A stretch of 64,000 bases of DNA, taken from Candidatus Bathyarchaeota archaeon (GTDB lineage: Archaea; Thermoproteota; Bathyarchaeia; Bathyarchaeales; Bathycorpusculaceae). The translations under genes and the position numbers were made by a program. The stretch lies in contig CAWHVC010000005.1 of NCBI GenBank assembly GCA_963832745.1, positions 256,001 through 320,000 on the forward strand, written 5' to 3'. This document shows positions 60,403 to 64,000 of the stretch, in pieces; the first letter of the stretch is position 1; every line of letters starts with the position of its first letter. The notes below the pieces were generated by a model. That model was not told the origin of the DNA, searched no databases, and saw nothing but the letters and a program-made list of their open reading frames with translations.

Positions 60403-61827
60403 ATGCCAAATGAACTTGAAGCCCTCATCAGCCAGGTTTTAAAAAAAATTACTCCTACACCTGAGGAATATGAGAAAGTTGAGGCTTTAAGCAGGCGGCT
60501 GGAACAAAAAATCGCTTTGGCATGCCAACAACAAGGCGTAAAAGCCATTGTACGTGTTGAAGGCTCTGTGGCTAAGGACACTTGGCTGCAGGAAAACCCA
60601 GACATCGACGTTTTCATGCGTCTACCCACTTCTATTCCACGCAAAAACCTCGGCGACATTGGCCTAAAAATCGCTAAGACCGCCGCCAAAGATGCAACCA
60701 AAACAATTGAAAGGTTTGCTGAGCATCCTTATCTTGAAATATTTATTGACGATTTCAGAGTGGACATTGTTCCCTGTTATGATGCTAAACCAGGTGAATG
60801 GCAAAGCGCAACAGACCGAACCCCATACCACACTGACTACATTAAAGAGCATTTGACGCCGAAAATGCATGGAGAAGTTAGACTTCTTAAAAGGTTCATG
60901 CAGGGCGTCGATGTTTACGGAGCAGAAATCAAGGTTGGTGGTTTTAGCGGTTATCTTTGCGAACTTCTTGTTTTAACTTACGGTTCATTTATCCATACTT
61001 TGCAGGCTTTTGCGCAGTACACTAAACGCGTAGTAATTGACCCGCAAGACTATTTTGAGGGAAGAGAAAACGAGTTGGCGTTGCTGTTTCCGGAACCTTT
61101 GGTGATTGTTGACCCTGTTGACAAAGCCCGAAACGTCGCCTCAGCAGTACAAATGGATAAACTGTACAATTTTATTGGGGCAGCCAGAGCCTTTTTGCAA
61201 AAGCCCTCGGAAGTTTTCTTTTACCCAGTCAAACAATTAGCCTTTTCAGTTGAGGAGTTAAAACTTAAATTAGATAGCAGGGGCTCAGTGGTACTGTTTC
61301 TTGTTATCGACGGCATCAAAGCGGTGCCAGATGTGCTTTGGGGGCAACTTTACAGGTCTAAACGTTCCTTGCGTAGACTGCTTGAGCTTAACGATTACAG
61401 GGTAATTAGGGACGCTGTTTGGAGTAACGAAGAAACCCTAAGCGTTTTCATGTTTGAATTGGAACAGCAGGTTCTGCCTAACATAAAAAAACATTCAGGT
61501 CCACCATTGGAACGTCCAGCGGAATGTGTAAGTTTCCTCGCTAAATATGCCTTTAACGGTCAAGTGGTTTGTGGACCTTACATTGAGAATGGCAAATGGA
61601 TTGTTGAAGTTCCACGCAAAAACTGTGATGCTGCTTTCCTGTTAAAAGAAAAGATTACGGACGGAGGCAAAAACGTTGGCGTTTCAGAACTCATCGCTGC
61701 AGCCTTTAAGGAAAAGTTTTCGGTTCTGTTAAATGGTGAAGTAGCAGAAGTTTATGGGAAAAATGAAGAGTTTGCGGTTTATTTGACCGCGTTTCTTTCG
61801 GGAAAACCTTTTTGGTTAGAAACCTAA
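60403..61827 (+). CDS. cca: Archaeal CCA-adding enzyme
   Basis: GSVAKDTWL..DIDVF, AEHPY, DRTPYH, YGAE..GFSGYLCELL and DPVD..RNVA. Confidence 0.95.
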   Translation: MPNELEALISQVLKKITPTPEEYEKVEALSRRLEQKIALACQQQGVKAIVRVEGSVAKDTWLQENPDIDVFMRLPTSIPRKNLGDIGLKIAKTAAKDATKTIERFAEHPYLEIFIDDFRVDIVPCYDAKPGEWQSATDRTPYHTDYIKEHLTPKMHGEVRLLKRFMQGVDVYGAEIKVGGFSGYLCELLVLTYGSFIHTLQAFAQYTKRVVIDPQDYFEGRENELALLFPEPLVIVDPVDKARNVASAVQMDKLYNFIGAARAFLQKPSEVFFYPVKQLAFSVEELKLKLDSRGSVVLFLVIDGIKAVPDVLWGQLYRSKRSLRRLLELNDYRVIRDAVWSNEETLSVFMFELEQQVLPNIKKHSGPPLERPAECVSFLAKYAFNGQVVCGPYIENGKWIVEVPRKNCDAAFLLKEKITDGGKNVGVSELIAAAFKEKFSVLLNGEVAEVYGKNEEFAVYLTAFLSGKPFWLET

Positions 61828-62607
61828 AAAGCTCAATATAATCATTAATGCGCCGATGGCAAAACAGTAGATTGAGAATACCCAAAACTTGTTTGCTTCT
61901 AACACTTTCCAGAGCAGTTTTAACACTAAAAAGCTAACCACAACAGTAACTAAAAGGGCTACAACAACTTCTAACGAGTTAATGCCCGCAGCTGTGAATG
62001 AATCATGCTCTTTAAGCAGCGTATAACCTAACGCGCCAATAATAGATGGAATTGAAAGTAAAAATGAGAATTTGAATGCTACCTCTTTCTTGATACCCAA
62101 AAGCATTGCTGTTGAGATGGTAAAGCCGCTTCTGGAGACGCTTGGAAGAATCGAAAGACCTTGCATAAAGCCAAGCAGCAGAGATTCTGGAAGGCTTATT
62201 TTGTCTTTCTTTTCTACTGTAAACTTTGTGGCGAACAATAGTATTCCGCTTGCAATAAAACCTGCACCCAACATTAATAGACTGCTAAAGTTCGCGTCAA
62301 ACCAGTCGCCTACCGTAACAGCAATCACAGCCGTCGGAATGGTGCCAATGATAATCGGCAAAATAAGCCGTCCATCAGCTGAACTGAAATCTCTATGAAA
62401 CAACGCTGAAAGCACGTTTTTAATGTCTTTTCGGAAATAAAGCATTATCACAAATAGGGTACCCACGTGCAATGTTACGTCGAAAAGCAGGGGCACGCTT
62501 AAACCGAAAAAGTGTTCAGCAAGGCGGAGGTGACCTGTGCTTGAAATAGGAAGCCATTCAGTTACACCTTGTATGAAACCTAAAATGGTTGATTGCAGCA
62601 GGTCCAT
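61816..62607 (-). CDS. uppP: Undecaprenyl-diphosphate phosphatase (BacA family)
   Basis: QGVTEWLPISSTGH, PSVSRSG and FSFLLSIP. Confidence 0.9.
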   Translation of the reverse strand: MDLLQSTILGFIQGVTEWLPISSTGHLRLAEHFFGLSVPLLFDVTLHVGTLFVIMLYFRKDIKNVLSALFHRDFSSADGRLILPIIIGTIPTAVIAVTVGDWFDANFSSLLMLGAGFIASGILLFATKFTVEKKDKISLPESLLLGFMQGLSILPSVSRSGFTISTAMLLGIKKEVAFKFSFLLSIPSIIGALGYTLLKEHDSFTAAGINSLEVVVALLVTVVVSFLVLKLLWKVLEANKFWVFSIYCFAIGALMIILSFLGF

Positions 62608-62645
62608 GATTTATCTTCTGAACCTTACTGCGGGGGTCTTTATTT

Positions 62646-63746
62646 TTATTGTGTTACTGAATGATACCAGCTAATGATGTATTCAGGCAGTTTTAGTCCT
62701 CTTTGAGCTAAACGTTCAGCTAGTTTCACTGGCAAGGGGCTAAGCACGTATGCTGCACGTGTGTAGAAGCGTCTTGGAGTGCTGGGTTTAGCTTCTTCTT
62801 CAAGAATAATTTTGAGGTCAGCTTTCTTTGCCAATGTTGAGTCCTTATTACCTGTAATTGCAAACACTGTGCCAGCGAATTTTTTAATGACATCAGCCCA
62901 AATGATGACTGGCCTTGTTTCGCCACTATATGAAACAAGAATTTCAAGGTCACCTGCTCTTGGATGTGGTGTGTTGACGCCACGAGTGATGTAAACGTTG
63001 TCGCCAAAGAAGCTTTTAATATGGAACAAACGTACACCAGTCATTTTGGCTATTTCGTTGCCTGTGCCTTTTCCACCCAAGAAAACGTCGGTACGTTTCT
63101 CCATTAAATCGACAAGTTGAGTGTAAGTTTCTGAATCAATGTTTGCGTCTATCATGTCGCCGATTTTCTGGAATTCCTCATTGCATAAGCCGTAGACGTC
63201 ATCAACTTCGAGGTTGCGGAAGATGGCTTCAATCATGCTGTTAAGCAACTCAAGTGTTCCCAACTCAAAAATGTCACCCATCATGCCTGTTTCGCTGTAC
63301 TCAAAAGACGGCTTAGATTTGCCGCGTCCCTTCAAAAGGACTGTGGTGCCGTACTTGTTTGCGAGGTCTGCCATTGGAGATTCATAAGTTGAAGTAAGCA
63401 GTCCCATTGAGAACTTTGATGATTTTGTTTCTTCAATGTATTTGCCAAGGTCTTGAGCCATAACTAAGGGGTCGTCACTGTAGCCGCTTCCAGAATTCAT
63501 TAGAAGCAGGGTTTTTTTGTAACGCCTTTCAAGGTCTGGCGCTGCGTCATACATGTTACGTCCAGGAAAACCTGGGTCATCTGGTGTTAATACGACTTTG
63601 TTTCTCCAGCCGACTTGGCTAAGTGCAATTTGGCTCATCGCAGCGTTTAAGCTGTATAGTGATCTGCCTGAGCCTCCGCAGATTACGCAGTCGGCAGCTT
63701 TTAGGTCCTCAAAAAGTTTGGCAAGCTCTTTGCGTTTTATACTCAT
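62646..63746 (-). CDS. Tandem SIS-domain sugar-phosphate isomerase-like protein
   Basis: Two SIS-like halves: GSGRS..SGSGYS..FELGTL and GKGTG..SYSGET..AITGNKDSTLAKKAD. Confidence 0.75.
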   Translation of the reverse strand: MSIKRKELAKLFEDLKAADCVICGGSGRSLYSLNAAMSQIALSQVGWRNKVVLTPDDPGFPGRNMYDAAPDLERRYKKTLLLMNSGSGYSDDPLVMAQDLGKYIEETKSSKFSMGLLTSTYESPMADLANKYGTTVLLKGRGKSKPSFEYSETGMMGDIFELGTLELLNSMIEAIFRNLEVDDVYGLCNEEFQKIGDMIDANIDSETYTQLVDLMEKRTDVFLGGKGTGNEIAKMTGVRLFHIKSFFGDNVYITRGVNTPHPRAGDLEILVSYSGETRPVIIWADVIKKFAGTVFAITGNKDSTLAKKADLKIILEEEAKPSTPRRFYTRAAYVLSPLPVKLAERLAQRGLKLPEYIISWYHSVTQ

Positions 63747-64000
63747 AACGTTTTCTTGAATTTTATTAACGTATCCAATGCTGCTAATTTTACTTTTGAT
63801 GACAACGACACCCTCAGGTCACACGTAATGCATAACTTACTTATATTATTCTTGTGCTTGCAAAATCAAAAACCGGCACAATTTAACTGCAAACGTGTTA
63901 TTTTCGGCATGTTAATGAAAGTTTTTTGTTCAATAAACCTGCCGCTTTAGGTTTTGAAGGGTTATTGTTAATGGTTGCAAATTGTGTGTATCGTTTCAAG

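Overview
Archaeal chromosomal window. Gene content (TFB, archaeosine TGT, archaeal CCA enzyme, class III signal-peptide pilins, CdvA-like protein, NosD/PEF-CTERM surface proteins) suggests Bathyarchaeia (TACK); this assignment is an inference. It holds about 60 CDS, one tRNA-Lys(UUU), a TPP riboswitch ahead of thiT, a complete type IV pilus locus (22.2-35.1 kb) with a 1390-aa pilin-signal adhesin, glmM-glmU, asnA-pckG with a divergent Lrp regulator, a stand-alone divergent EF-2, a bacterial-type clpB and an RNA-processing cluster. About eight genes are broken by single indels or one stop codon, most likely long-read assembly errors. The most unusual signal is an unannotated ~170-200 bp dispersed intergenic element present in four copies (about 1.3, 14.4, 43.9/44.9 and 54.4 kb). 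One copy is split into two arms that enclose a complete ~0.9 kb surface-protein gene with its own operators, resembling a gene cassette. No transposase or integrase gene was recognised in the window. A palindromic operator (AGTCAA-N6-TTGACT) recurs in pairs upstream of surface-protein genes.
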